A stretch of DNA of 64,000 nucleotides from Candidatus Sumerlaeia bacterium (GTDB lineage Bacteria > Sumerlaeota > Sumerlaeia > SLMS01 > JANRJK01), in contig JANRJK010000055.1 of assembly GCA_033764015.1 (NCBI GenBank), forward strand, positions 32,001 to 96,000, in the 5' to 3' direction. Shown one piece after another: positions 51,569-61,191 of this stretch. Every line of letters begins with the position of its first letter. Position 1 is the stretch's first letter. The notes beneath the pieces are model-generated. The model had not been told where the DNA came from. It saw nothing but the letters and a program-made list of their open reading frames with translations, and did not search any database. The position numbers were made by a program, and so were the translations under genes.

Positions 51569-52171
51569 GTGATTCCCGAGGCGCTCGAGCAGCTCGTCGG
51601 CGAGCTGGGCAAGCTGCCCGGCATCGGCCGCCGCACCGCCGAGCGCCTCGCGTTCGACCTGCTCCGCCGATCGCCCGCGCGCCCCGTGGCGCTCGCCGCG
51701 GCGCTCGAGCGCGTCGGCTCCGAGATCGGCCTCTGCCCGCGGTGCTTCTACTACGCCGAGCGCGGACAGTGCGTCCTGCGCTGCGACCGCGAGCGCGATC
51801 CCGAAACTCTTTGCGTCGTCGAGTCGCCCATGGACGTCGTCGCCTTCGAGAAGGCCAACCCCACGCGGATGCGCTACCATGTGCTCGGCGGCAAGCTGGT
51901 GCCCATGAAGGGCATCGGGCCGGAGCAGCTCCACCTCGCGGAGCTGCGCGCGCGAGTCGCCGAGGACGGCGTCCGCGAGGTGATCGTCGCCACGTCGCCT
52001 TCCGTCGAGGGGGACGCCACCGCGATTTTCCTGGCGGGCGAACTGGCCCGCGCCGGCGTCCGGGTGACGCGCATCGGGCGCGGCATCCCCACCGGCGGCA
52101 GCCTCGAACACAGCGACGCGGAAACGCTCCGGCAGGCGCTCGACGGCCGCCGCGAACTCGCCGCACCCTGA
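51569..52171 (+). CDS. recR: Recombination protein RecR
   Basis: LPGIGRRTAERLA, CPRC...C..C, CVVE, YHVLGG, EGDATA, G.P.GG.LE. Confidence 0.96.
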   Translation: MIPEALEQLVGELGKLPGIGRRTAERLAFDLLRRSPARPVALAAALERVGSEIGLCPRCFYYAERGQCVLRCDRERDPETLCVVESPMDVVAFEKANPTRMRYHVLGGKLVPMKGIGPEQLHLAELRARVAEDGVREVIVATSPSVEGDATAIFLAGELARAGVRVTRIGRGIPTGGSLEHSDAETLRQALDGRRELAAP

Positions 52172-52182
52172 CAGGAGCCGAC

Positions 52183-53022
52183 GTGTCCCAAACGCCCCCC
52201 GCGCAAGGATTCGACATCCGCCACCTGCTGCCGCACCGCATCGGCGAGCGCGTCGGCGAGGCCACGCTCGACTTCTTCGACGCGTGCGGCGACTACGCGC
52301 GCTTCGCCGGACGCTCGCTGCGCCGCGTCGGCACGCCGCCCTGGCGCTGGCGCATGATCCTCGAACAGATGTTCCTCATCGGTGTCATGTCGCTCTCCAT
52401 CGCGCTCGTCACGTCGATCTTCGTCGGCATGGTGATGGTGCTCCAGACCGGCGTGCAGCTCGTCAAGTTCGGCTCGAAGGGCTACGTGCCCGGCATCGCC
52501 TGGATCGCGAACTCCCGCGCGATGATCCCCGCCTTCGTCGGCATCGTGGTCGGCGCGCGCGTCGCCGCCTCCATCGCCGCGGAGCTCGGCACCATGCGCG
52601 TCACCGAGCAGATCGACGCGCTCGAGGTGCTCAACGTCGACCCGTACCGCTACCTGGTCGCGCCGCGCGTGATCGCCATGACGCTCATGCTCCCGCTCAT
52701 CACCGTGCTCTCGCTCATCTCCGGCTACCTCGGCGGCATGCTGGTGGGCTCGTCGTCGCTCCAGATCGATCCGGTCGAATACTTCGTCATCACCAAGAAG
52801 TTCGCGTACATGGACGACCTGTACGGCGGCTTGGCGAAGACGGTCTTCTTCGGCCTGCTGATCGCGGTCACCGGGTGCTACTACGGGTTCAAAGCCGGCG
52901 GGGGAGCGGAAGGCGTGGGGCGCGCCACCACCAGCGCCGTCGTCGTCACGCTGCTGCTGATCCTCATCAGCGACTACATCCTGTCGTCGTTCATCCTCGC
53001 GCTCGTCGGGCGCCTGGCGTAG
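52183..53022 (+). CDS. mlaE: MlaE-family ABC permease
   Basis: AAELGTMRVTEQIDALE, YLVAPR, GGAEGVGRATT.AVV. Confidence 0.93.
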   Translation: MSQTPPAQGFDIRHLLPHRIGERVGEATLDFFDACGDYARFAGRSLRRVGTPPWRWRMILEQMFLIGVMSLSIALVTSIFVGMVMVLQTGVQLVKFGSKGYVPGIAWIANSRAMIPAFVGIVVGARVAASIAAELGTMRVTEQIDALEVLNVDPYRYLVAPRVIAMTLMLPLITVLSLISGYLGGMLVGSSSLQIDPVEYFVITKKFAYMDDLYGGLAKTVFFGLLIAVTGCYYGFKAGGGAEGVGRATTSAVVVTLLLILISDYILSSFILALVGRLA

Positions 53023-53024
53023 CC

Positions 53025-54608
53025 ATGGACCGCGCGGGCGAACGGCGCCTCGCCGCCCTCGCCTTCGCGATCCCGTTCCTCGCGTACCTGCCGACGCTCG
53101 CCTTCGGCTTCGTCTGGGACGACATCTTCTACTACCGCGACAACCTCTGGATCCGCGACTGGTCGAACCTCCGGCCGCTGGTCTCGCGCATCGAACCCAA
53201 CGCGACGCACGGCGTCGCGGCGGTGTTCTGGCGCCCGCTGCGGAACATCTCGTACCTGGTGGATTGGAGCATCGCCGGCGGGCGCGCGTGGTGGCCGCAC
53301 CTGGTGAACGCGCTCTGGCACGGCGCGGCGTGCGCGGGGCTCTTCGCGCTGGCGCGCCGCCTCGGGCTGGGCGCGGCGGGGGCGCTGGTGGCGGCGCTCG
53401 CGTTCGGACTCCATCCCGCCCAGGCGGAGTCCGCCGCGTGGATCAAGGAGCGCGACGGCCTCATGGCCGCCGCCTTCGCGCTCTGGGCGCTCGCGGCCGC
53501 GCTCGGCGGGGGCGCGCGCGGCATCGCCGCGTTCCTCTGGCTCTTCGCGCTCGCGCTGCTGTCCAAGGAGAACGCCGTCGTGGTGCCCGCGCTGCTCGCG
53601 GCGGCGCTCTGGCTGCGCCCGGGCGGACTCGCGCCCACGCGCGGGCAATGGGCGGCCGCCGCGGCCTCGCTCCTGCTTTGCCTCACCTACCTCTACATCC
53701 GCGCGCAGGTGGTCGGCGCCACCTCCCAGCAGGCCGGCTGGATCGGCGGCGGCCTCGCCCCGACGCTCTGGACCATGGGCGCGGCGTTCCTCGAATACCT
53801 CCGGATCGCGCTGACCGGCACCGGGATGAAGCTCGACTACGGGCATTGGAAGGTGGCCGGCGCCGGCGACTGGGCGCCCTGGGCCGGTTTCGCCGCCCTC
53901 GCCGCGCTGCTCGCCGCCGCGCACCGGCTGCGTCGCGCGGAGCCGCTCGCCGCGCTCGGGGCCGCATGGTTCCTGCTCGCGCTCGCGCCCTACGCGAACC
54001 TCGTCCCCATGATGCAGTGGATGGCGGTGCGGTTCCTGTACTTCCCGCTGGCGGGCGCGGCCATCGCCGCGGGCTGGACCTACGAGCGCCACCTCGTCCC
54101 CCGCACCGGCCGGCACGCCCTCTTCGCCGGCGCGGCGCTCGCGCTGCTCGCAGCCGGCACGCTCGCGCAGCTCCCGATGTGGCGGAGCAACTTCGCCCTC
54201 TGGGCCGCGGAACACGCCCGCAACCCGGACAACCACACGGTGCGCGTGTACCACGCCAACGAGCTGCTCGACACCGGCCGCGCGGGCGAAGCGTCCGCGA
54301 TCCTCTCCACGGTGGACCTCTCCACGGCGATCGGCAAGCGCGCCACCACGTGGCTCACGCTGGCGCGCGCGCGCGAACTCTCCGGCGACGACTCCGGCGC
54401 CCGCGCCGCCATCGAGGACGGGCTCGCCCGCTTCGGTCCCGACCCCGGGCTGCTGGCCGCGTCCGGGCGCCTCCACGCGCAGGCGGGCGACCTCGACGCC
54501 GCGGAGCGCGAATGGCTCCGCGCCATCGCCGTCGATCCGAACAACCTCGTGGTCCGCAGCAACCTCGAACGCCTGGCGGCGATCCGCGCGGAGCAGAACT
54601 CCCCCTAG
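53025..54608 (+). CDS. TMTC-like GT-C membrane glycosyltransferase with C-terminal TPRs
   Basis: GFVWDD, WRPL, HPAQAES.AW, LLSKEN, RFLYFP, W..N..LW, TPR-like repeats. Confidence 0.8.
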   Translation: MDRAGERRLAALAFAIPFLAYLPTLAFGFVWDDIFYYRDNLWIRDWSNLRPLVSRIEPNATHGVAAVFWRPLRNISYLVDWSIAGGRAWWPHLVNALWHGAACAGLFALARRLGLGAAGALVAALAFGLHPAQAESAAWIKERDGLMAAAFALWALAAALGGGARGIAAFLWLFALALLSKENAVVVPALLAAALWLRPGGLAPTRGQWAAAAASLLLCLTYLYIRAQVVGATSQQAGWIGGGLAPTLWTMGAAFLEYLRIALTGTGMKLDYGHWKVAGAGDWAPWAGFAALAALLAAAHRLRRAEPLAALGAAWFLLALAPYANLVPMMQWMAVRFLYFPLAGAAIAAGWTYERHLVPRTGRHALFAGAALALLAAGTLAQLPMWRSNFALWAAEHARNPDNHTVRVYHANELLDTGRAGEASAILSTVDLSTAIGKRATTWLTLARARELSGDDSGARAAIEDGLARFGPDPGLLAASGRLHAQAGDLDAAEREWLRAIAVDPNNLVVRSNLERLAAIRAEQNSP

Positions 54609-54874
54609 CCGCCCGCCGCCTTGCGCAGCCGCGAGTAGTGCCACCACGGGTGGTCCTCGCCCGTCGTCGCGAACGCCACCACCGCCGTGAACGTGTCGAG
54701 CACGCAGGGATCCTGCCGCGTGCCGGTCTTCCGGCAGAGCGCATCGAAGAGCGCGCGGGGATCCTTTCCGACGAGGTCCGCGGGGCGCTCGATCCCCAGC
54801 AGCCGCAAGTCCGCGGCGAAGGCGGGCCCCACGTTGCGGAGGTCTTCGAGTCGGTCGGGAAGCTGCCGCGGCAT
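54605..54874 (-). CDS. Small helix-hairpin-helix protein (Cdd1/mitomycin-resistance-protein-like)
   Basis: LEDLRNVGPA.AADL..LGI, DPCVLD.F, PWW. Confidence 0.8.
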   Translation of the reverse strand: MPRQLPDRLEDLRNVGPAFAADLRLLGIERPADLVGKDPRALFDALCRKTGTRQDPCVLDTFTAVVAFATTGEDHPWWHYSRLRKAAGG

Positions 54875-54894
54875 CGGTGGGTCTCCTGCGGTGC

Positions 54895-55683
54895 TCAGTC
54901 GCGCACAACGTTGGGGGGATTCAGTTCGGGGATCGGCGCGAACCAAGCGTCGTAATCTGCGGCGAAGCTACGCCGCGCGATTCCCCGCATCAACTCCACA
55001 GAAGTCGCCATGTACCGCTTCCCGTGGACGGCCTTCGCCGTCGTTGCGATCCTGTGTTCGAGGAATGCCCGACCGGTGATGTGGCAGGGCGCCGACAGGG
55101 GCGGCTGCGAAGCGCGGCGGCAGAGGTCGCGCGTGGCGCCACAGCCGTTGGCTCCCTCCCAGACGCGGTCGAAGGGGCCCGCGTGGCGCCAAACCTCCAC
55201 GGGAACGACGAGGCACGTGCCATCGAGCACGCGGCGGCGCTGTTCGAGCGCGACGGGCTTGTAGCTGTCCGCGCGGTCATGGGGTGTCGGCTCCTGCTGG
55301 ATACCCACTAGGTAGTGGTCGCGCCAGAGCGTGTGGTAAACGGGGGAGAGCAGGCCGCGGGGGTGCTCGTCGAGCGCCCGGTCGAGGCCGTCGAAGAACC
55401 CGCCCGACAGCACCACGTCGTCGTTGCAGAAGCAGATCGCCGAATAGTCCCCCCCAAGCGCGATCCCCGCGCCGAAGTTGCTCCCGCCAAGCCAGCCGAG
55501 GTTCGAGCCGGGGCAAACCACCCGAGCGAAGTCCTCGGCGGGGGTCGGGGCGGCAGCAGCCGGCCCGTTCCAGACGATGAGCAGATCAACCAGGTGCGAC
55601 TCGCACCAGCAGGAGTCCACGAGCCCGTCGAGCAGCTTGCCGGAGCGGCCCATGCTCGGCACCACAACGCAGAACGTCTTCAC
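54895..55683 (-). CDS. GT2-like glycosyltransferase, divergent
   Basis: VVVPS, NLGW.GG.N.G, FCNDD, LDGTCL, GPFD. Confidence 0.7.
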   Translation of the reverse strand: MKTFCVVVPSMGRSGKLLDGLVDSCWCESHLVDLLIVWNGPAAAAPTPAEDFARVVCPGSNLGWLGGSNFGAGIALGGDYSAICFCNDDVVLSGGFFDGLDRALDEHPRGLLSPVYHTLWRDHYLVGIQQEPTPHDRADSYKPVALEQRRRVLDGTCLVVPVEVWRHAGPFDRVWEGANGCGATRDLCRRASQPPLSAPCHITGRAFLEHRIATTAKAVHGKRYMATSVELMRGIARRSFAADYDAWFAPIPELNPPNVVRD

Positions 55684-55701
55684 GGAACTCCCCCCCTGCG
55701 G

Positions 55702-56859
55702 CTATTCCGGCGGAGCGAACTCCTCGACCGGCAATCGCTGGATCGCGTCGAGGCAGCGCACGGCGGCCCGCCCGTCGCCGTAGGGGCTCGCGGGCGCGGG
55801 ACGCTCCGTGCGCGCCAGCCAGCGCGCCGCGCCTTCGCGGATGCGCGCCCGGTCCGGGCCGACCAGCTCGACGCCGCCGCCGGCGAGCGCCTCGGGGCGC
55901 TCCGTCGTGTCGCGCGTCACCAGCACCGGGACGCCGAGCGCGGGCGCTTCCTCCTGTACGCCGCCGGAATCCGTCACCACGACGTCCGCCAGCGCGAGCG
56001 CCGCGACAAAGTTGAGATAGTCAAGCACCGGCGCGAGGCGGACGTTCGCGCGCCCCGCGAGCAGCCGCCGCACGGGCTCCTGCACGTTCGGGTTCAGGTG
56101 TACCGGGTAGAGCACCAGCGCGTCCGGGTGGTCGTCGGCGATGTCGCGGACGCCGAGGCAGAACTCCTCGAAGGCGGGGCCGAAGTTCTCGCGGCGGTGG
56201 CCCGTGACCAGGACCAGTTTGCGCGCGGGGCCGGCGGTTTTCCACGCGCGCGCCTCCGCGACCTCCGGCGCCGGGTCTGCGAGGGACTTCGCGCGCTCGA
56301 CGGCGAGCAGCAGCGCGTCGATCACGGAGTTGCCGGTGGTGGCGATGCGCGCGCCGGTGCGCTCGAGGCCCTCGGAGCGGAGCGCGCGGGCGGCGCGCGG
56401 CGTCGGTGCGAGGTGCAGCCGCGCCAACTGCCCGACCACGCGGCGGTTCATCTCCTCCGGATAGGGCGAGCGCAGGTTGTCGGTGCGCAGGCCCGCCTCG
56501 ACATGCACCACGTCGACGCCTTCGTAGAATGCGGCGAGCGCGCCCGCCATCACCGTGGTGGTGTCGCCCTGCACGACGAGGCAATCGGGGCGCAGCTCGC
56601 GCAGCAGCCCGCCGACGCCGAGCAGCGCGCGCGCCGTCAGGTCCGGCAGCGTCTGGTCCGGGCGCATCAGCGCGAGGTCGCGCTCCGGCTCGAGGCCGAA
56701 GACCGCCAGCACCTGCGCCACCATCTCGCGGTGCTGGCCCGTCGCGGCGACGAGCGGTTCGAGCCCGCGCCGGCGCCGCGCCTCGAGGATCAGCGGTGCG
56801 AGCTTGATCGCCTCCGGCCGCGTGCCGAACAGGAAGAGCGGGCGCCGGTAGCCGCTCAC
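55702..56859 (-). CDS. wecB: UDP-N-acetylglucosamine 2-epimerase (non-hydrolysing)
   Basis: FGTRPEAIK, TGQHR, QGDT, HVEAGLR, HRREN, TDSGGVQEEA, TERPE. Confidence 0.97.
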   Translation of the reverse strand: MSGYRRPLFLFGTRPEAIKLAPLILEARRRRGLEPLVAATGQHREMVAQVLAVFGLEPERDLALMRPDQTLPDLTARALLGVGGLLRELRPDCLVVQGDTTTVMAGALAAFYEGVDVVHVEAGLRTDNLRSPYPEEMNRRVVGQLARLHLAPTPRAARALRSEGLERTGARIATTGNSVIDALLLAVERAKSLADPAPEVAEARAWKTAGPARKLVLVTGHRRENFGPAFEEFCLGVRDIADDHPDALVLYPVHLNPNVQEPVRRLLAGRANVRLAPVLDYLNFVAALALADVVVTDSGGVQEEAPALGVPVLVTRDTTERPEALAGGGVELVGPDRARIREGAARWLARTERPAPASPYGDGRAAVRCLDAIQRLPVEEFAPPE

Positions 56860-57245
56860 GGCGCGGGGGGGCGCACCTGCGCCACGAGCTGACGGATCGC
56901 CGACATCTGCGGGTCGTTGACGCGGAAGTAGTCCTGCCCGAAGTGCGTCACCACCGCCTCCAGCGCCTCCGGCAGCGTGATGCCCTTCACCTTCACGATC
57001 AGGTCGAGGAAGTCCGCCGCGTGGTGCCCGGCGCAACCGAGGTGGCGGCAGTGGTACGTGTTGTTCCGCGGGTTCAGCACCAGCGTGCGGAACACCTCGT
57101 CGCGGTGGATCGGGCAGAGGGCCACATAGACGTCGCCCTCGCGCTTGATCTTCTCCGGAAAGTAGCCGAGGAACCGGACGAGGGCCCGCACCTCGAGCGC
57201 GCTGTTCACCTGCGCGCAGATCGCGGGATAGGAGGTCTCGTTCAC
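56856..57245 (-). CDS. Stand-alone CHC2 (primase-type) zinc-finger protein
   Basis: ALCPIH...YHC..LGC...D..DL......TLPEAL; stop overlaps the wecB start. Confidence 0.75.
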   Translation of the reverse strand: MNETSYPAICAQVNSALEVRALVRFLGYFPEKIKREGDVYVALCPIHRDEVFRTLVLNPRNNTYHCRHLGCAGHHAADFLDLIVKVKGITLPEALEAVVTHFGQDYFRVNDPQMSAIRQLVAQVRPPAP

Positions 57246-57272
57246 GGCGCGGCTACCGGTCGCGGCTCCGCG

Positions 57273-58418
57273 TCAGGAGTCCAGCGAGCCATCGGCCCAG
57301 CGGTCGCAGAACGCGCGCAGTTCCGCCACGGAGGGCCCGGTGCCCGTCCGCACGTAGAAGCCCGAGACCGCCTTGCCGACGACGACCGCCCGCGCGGGCG
57401 GCAGGCCCAGCATGCGGGCGGTCGCGTAGCCGCCGTTGAAGTGGTCGCCGGCGCCCGTCGTCAGCTTCGGATTCTTGCAGTACGGTCCGTCCACGCTCCC
57501 CGAGCCCGCCGCGCCCCAGGCGCTGGCGAGCCGCGTGGGGTGGATCACGACTTCGGAGATGGCGAGCGCCTCCGCGACGGCGCGCGCGCGCGCCAGCTGC
57601 CCCGCGCCGTCGTTCCCGCCGCGGTCCACGCCGAGCGCGTCGCAGACCGACTCGCTCTCCTTCTCGTTCAGTCCCAGGATCGCGGTGGTGTGCTTCGAGC
57701 TGTAGGAGGCCATCACGCGGAGCGCGTCGACCAGGTCCGCGACGGGGCGCTTCGCCGGGTCGCAGAGGTCGAAGAAGGCGATGCGCGGGGCCTCCGCGCC
57801 GAGCGCCTCGACGTCCGCGCGCATCCGGCGCAGGATGTCCGTCAGGTGGGGGAGCATCGTCCAGTTGAGGATCGCGACGAGGCCGCAGCCGCGCAGCGTG
57901 TTGCGCAGGCCCTCCGTGCCGCCGAGGCGCGCGGCCATGTTGTCGTAGGTGACGTCGCGCAGGCCCTCCATGCGGCCGTGCATGATCTTGCCGTCGTCGC
58001 CGAACTCGGCGGCGAGCGTGATCCCCGGGGGCGCGATGGGGTTGAGCGAGCCGAACCGGCGCAGCGGCTCGTAAACGGGGTGCAGCTCGGGCCAGCCCAC
58101 CGCGCCGACGTAGCACAGCTCGGCCCCGAGCGCGCCGACCGCCTGCGCCATCAGCGGCCCGTTGCCGCCGATCTTGATTTCCTGCGTGACGAACTCGACG
58201 TTCGTGGACTTCCCGCCGGACGCGGCGCCGATGCGCCCGGCGTACTCCGCAACCGAGTCGATCGGATCGTAGTCGTCCGCGGCGCGGCGCGTGCGGACCA
58301 CGCGGACGATCTCGTCCACGAAGCCGTCGAGCCCGAGCCAGGCGCGCTGGCGTGGCATGGAGGCTGCGGCGCTCTGGAGCGCCTGCGCGGCGTCGCGGAT
58401 CGTGGTGGCGGCATCCAT
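57273..58418 (-). CDS. PfkB/ribokinase-superfamily sugar kinase-like protein
   Basis: GLDGFVDEI, IGGNGP, LNEKE, TTGAGDHFNGG. Confidence 0.82.
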   Translation of the reverse strand: MDAATTIRDAAQALQSAAASMPRQRAWLGLDGFVDEIVRVVRTRRAADDYDPIDSVAEYAGRIGAASGGKSTNVEFVTQEIKIGGNGPLMAQAVGALGAELCYVGAVGWPELHPVYEPLRRFGSLNPIAPPGITLAAEFGDDGKIMHGRMEGLRDVTYDNMAARLGGTEGLRNTLRGCGLVAILNWTMLPHLTDILRRMRADVEALGAEAPRIAFFDLCDPAKRPVADLVDALRVMASYSSKHTTAILGLNEKESESVCDALGVDRGGNDGAGQLARARAVAEALAISEVVIHPTRLASAWGAAGSGSVDGPYCKNPKLTTGAGDHFNGGYATARMLGLPPARAVVVGKAVSGFYVRTGTGPSVAELRAFCDRWADGSLDS

Positions 58419-58622
58419 CGGAGGGGCACCTCGGGGGAACGTGTCGGGATCGGGCGGCGGCGGTCGCGGCGGCCCGTCCGCATGAGGGCCCCGCGGGCGC
58501 GTCCGGGCAAGGGTTCTCGCCCCGCGCGCCGCGCAACCGCTTTCCGTTTGCTTTCCCGCGCGCCGCCCGGCGAATTGCTACCCTCACCGCTGTGCGTTCC
58601 AAATCCCGAACCGAGGCCCCCG

Positions 58623-59888
58623 ATGGACTCCGTCAAGATCGGCCTGCTGCTGGGCGATGAACTGGACTGGCCCTCCACCTACGAGTCGCTGCTCCGCCGG
58701 CTCGACCTCCGCGTCAAGCACCGCGGACGCGAGACCCGCGTCGAGTGCGAGCGCGTCCGCATCCACCCCTTCGCGCTCAACGCCCCCACCAGCTACCGCC
58801 TCGTCATCGACCGCCTCGCCTACTGGTACCTGCACCCGCGCGAGTGGCTGAAAAAGGCCGCGCTCCTCAACGACGTGTACATGATCAACAACCCGTTCAC
58901 GTTTCAGTCCATGGAGAAGCACGCCGCCTACTGCGCCATGATGCGCTGCGGCATCAAGATCCCCGAGACCTGGCTGATCCCCACGAAGAACCCGCCGGCG
59001 GACCCCACCTTCGCGCGCAAGTACGAGCGCACCGCCGCCAAGTACAACGACCTCTTCGACCTCGGCGGCCTCGGCGGACACATCGGCTACCCGATGTATA
59101 TGAAGCCCTTCGACGGCGGCGGCTGGCGCGGCGTCTCCCGCATCGCCGACCAGGAGGCGCTCTACTCGCAGTACGACAGCTCCGGCCAGTCGCTCATGCA
59201 CCTCCAGCGCGCGGTCGAACCCTACGACGTCTTCGTCCGATCCCTCGCCATCGGCCCGCAGGTCATCTCGCTCCGCTACGACCCGACGCAGCCCTCGCAC
59301 GGGCGCTACCAGGTGGACCACGCGTTCCTCAGCGAGCGCCAGGGCCGCGAGGCGCGCCAGCTCGTCAAGCTCATCAACAGCTTCTTCCGCTGGGAGTTCA
59401 ACTCCTGCGAGTGCATGCTGCAGGGCGACGACGTCTGGGCCATCGACTTCGCCAACGCCTGCCCCGACATCGCGATCAACAGCCTCCACTACTACTACCC
59501 CTGGGCGCTCATGGCGCTGGTCCGCTGGTCCGTGTTCTGCGCCACCACCGGGCGCCGCTCGCGCATCAACATGGAGCCCTACCAGTACTTCGAAATCGGC
59601 GATTCGGACCGCTCCTACGAGGAGAAGCTCGCCGCCTACGAGGCCATCGCCGACAACTACTTCCAGCGCGACGAGTTCGAGGAGTTCTGCGAAGTCAACT
59701 TCCCGCACCTCGAAGAGGTCGCCATCGAGTACTTCCGCTCGCAGGAGTTCCTCGACATGACCTCCGAGACGATCCGCGACATCTTCCCGCCGCACGAGCA
59801 GGAGAAGTACACGGGGCACTTCGCCGGCCTCGCGCGCTTCTGGGCCCAGTCGCGCGCGGAGCAGCTCGCGGCGGCGAAGGGGAAGTAA
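58623..59888 (+). CDS. ATP-grasp (RimK/GshB-like) ligase
   Basis: INNPF, KIPETW, GYPMYMKPFDGGGW, IDFANACPD. Confidence 0.85.
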   Translation: MDSVKIGLLLGDELDWPSTYESLLRRLDLRVKHRGRETRVECERVRIHPFALNAPTSYRLVIDRLAYWYLHPREWLKKAALLNDVYMINNPFTFQSMEKHAAYCAMMRCGIKIPETWLIPTKNPPADPTFARKYERTAAKYNDLFDLGGLGGHIGYPMYMKPFDGGGWRGVSRIADQEALYSQYDSSGQSLMHLQRAVEPYDVFVRSLAIGPQVISLRYDPTQPSHGRYQVDHAFLSERQGREARQLVKLINSFFRWEFNSCECMLQGDDVWAIDFANACPDIAINSLHYYYPWALMALVRWSVFCATTGRRSRINMEPYQYFEIGDSDRSYEEKLAAYEAIADNYFQRDEFEEFCEVNFPHLEEVAIEYFRSQEFLDMTSETIRDIFPPHEQEKYTGHFAGLARFWAQSRAEQLAAAKGK

Positions 59889-59938
59889 ACCGGCGCGAAG
59901 GTTGCGCCAGAGGACGCAGGAGCATAGGAGGCACCGCC

Positions 59939-60199
59939 ATGCCGGACCACTACCGCAGCACCGAACACAGCGACGACACGCCCCCCGCGGGCGTCTGCGC
60001 GTGGCTGCGCGCCGCGGACGACGCGGTGCTCTCCTTCCTGCCGCTCTCCGTCACGGAGCACATCGCCGAGGGGCGCCGGCACCTCGCCGGCGTCGCCTCG
60101 CGGCTCGCCGAGCTCGAACGCGAGCGCTCCGCCCGCGTGGTCGAGCGCGCGCGCTCGCTCCACGAAGAGATGGCCTCCCGCAACGCAACCCCGCGCTGA
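59939..60199 (+). CDS. Small helical hypothetical protein (86 aa)
   Basis: AGGAGG upstream; fills the gap between the ligase and the peroxidase genes. Confidence 0.65.
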   Translation: MPDHYRSTEHSDDTPPAGVCAWLRAADDAVLSFLPLSVTEHIAEGRRHLAGVASRLAELERERSARVVERARSLHEEMASRNATPR

Positions 60200-60220
60200 A
60201 CGCGCCCGAAAGCCGACGCC

Positions 60221-60796
60221 ATGAACCGCGCCACCGCATTCCTGCTGCTGCTCTTCGCGGCCATCGCCGCCCTGCCCGCCACGCTCCGCGCCAACGAGGA
60301 CTCCGAAATGCCCGCTTGGATGACCGCCCCCTACGCCACTATGGAGGGCACCACGGAAACGCTCGCCACCGCCTACCCCGGCAAGACGGTCGTCGTCGTC
60401 AACGTCGCCTCGCGCTGCGGCTACACCCGCCAGTACGCCGACCTGCAGAAGCTCCAGCAGCAGTACGCCGACCGCGGCCTCGTCGTCGTCGCGTTCCCGT
60501 CGAACGACTATGGCGGCCAGGAACCGGGCACCGACGCCGAAATCCTCGAATTCTGCGAGTCGCGCTTCAGCGTCACCTTCCCCGTGAAGTCCAAGATGCC
60601 CACTCGCGGGGACGGCAAGAGCCCTCTCTACGCCGCGCTCACCGGCCCCGACTCCCCCAAGCCCGGCGAGGTGAAGTGGAACTTCGAAAAGTTCGTCATC
60701 GCCCCCGACGGCCGCATAGTCGCCCGCTTAGGCTCCGCTACGGAGCCGACGTCGGCGGAAATGGTGAAGGCGGTGGAGGAAGCGGTCGGGGGGTGA
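60221..60796 (+). CDS. Exported glutathione peroxidase-family protein (Cys type)
   Basis: Signal peptide; NVASRCGYT, FPSND.GGQEPG, KWNFEKF. Confidence 0.95.
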   Translation: MNRATAFLLLLFAAIAALPATLRANEDSEMPAWMTAPYATMEGTTETLATAYPGKTVVVVNVASRCGYTRQYADLQKLQQQYADRGLVVVAFPSNDYGGQEPGTDAEILEFCESRFSVTFPVKSKMPTRGDGKSPLYAALTGPDSPKPGEVKWNFEKFVIAPDGRIVARLGSATEPTSAEMVKAVEEAVGG

Positions 60797-60803
60797 GGGA
60801 CGG

Positions 60804-61076
60804 TCAGGCGGACCTCGGCCGCCGCTTCACGCGGCTGCCGGTTCGCTTCAACTCCACCAGCCGCTTCTCGCTCGGCAATGCGTCGATGACCCACGACAGC
60901 CGGCGGATGCTGCGCGAGCAGACGCTGAGAAGCTGAAGGCACTCCTCCGGATCGTCGGAAAGGTACTCTTCCACCGGCACCGAGCCCAGATCGTGGAAGA
61001 GCATCATCCGCAGCTTCAGCCACGCCTCCATGAACTCGATGCAGGGGCGGGGTTCGGCGGGACTCTTCCTAGTCAT
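60804..61076 (-). CDS. Hypothetical protein (~90 aa)
   Basis: GGGGAG before ATG 61076; GC3-rich codons; no family recognised. Confidence 0.5.
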   Translation of the reverse strand: MTRKSPAEPRPCIEFMEAWLKLRMMLFHDLGSVPVEEYLSDDPEECLQLLSVCSRSIRRLSWVIDALPSEKRLVELKRTGSRVKRRPRSA

Positions 61077-61191
61077 GCTCCCCAACATCATGCAGATGGA
61101 AGCTGGCATCGGCCCAATCCCGCGAGAGGCAGCGGGTCGGAGCACAAATTTAGAGGACTTGGGGGACGTCGATGCACGGCGCGACCATGGG

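Noticed and set aside
56943..59888. 981-aa protein
   Set aside because: The first ~560 codons are antisense to the kinase and zinc-finger genes; the real start is ATG 58623.
60400..60430. Selenocysteine in the glutathione peroxidase
   Set aside because: The active-site codon is TGC (Cys), not TGA.
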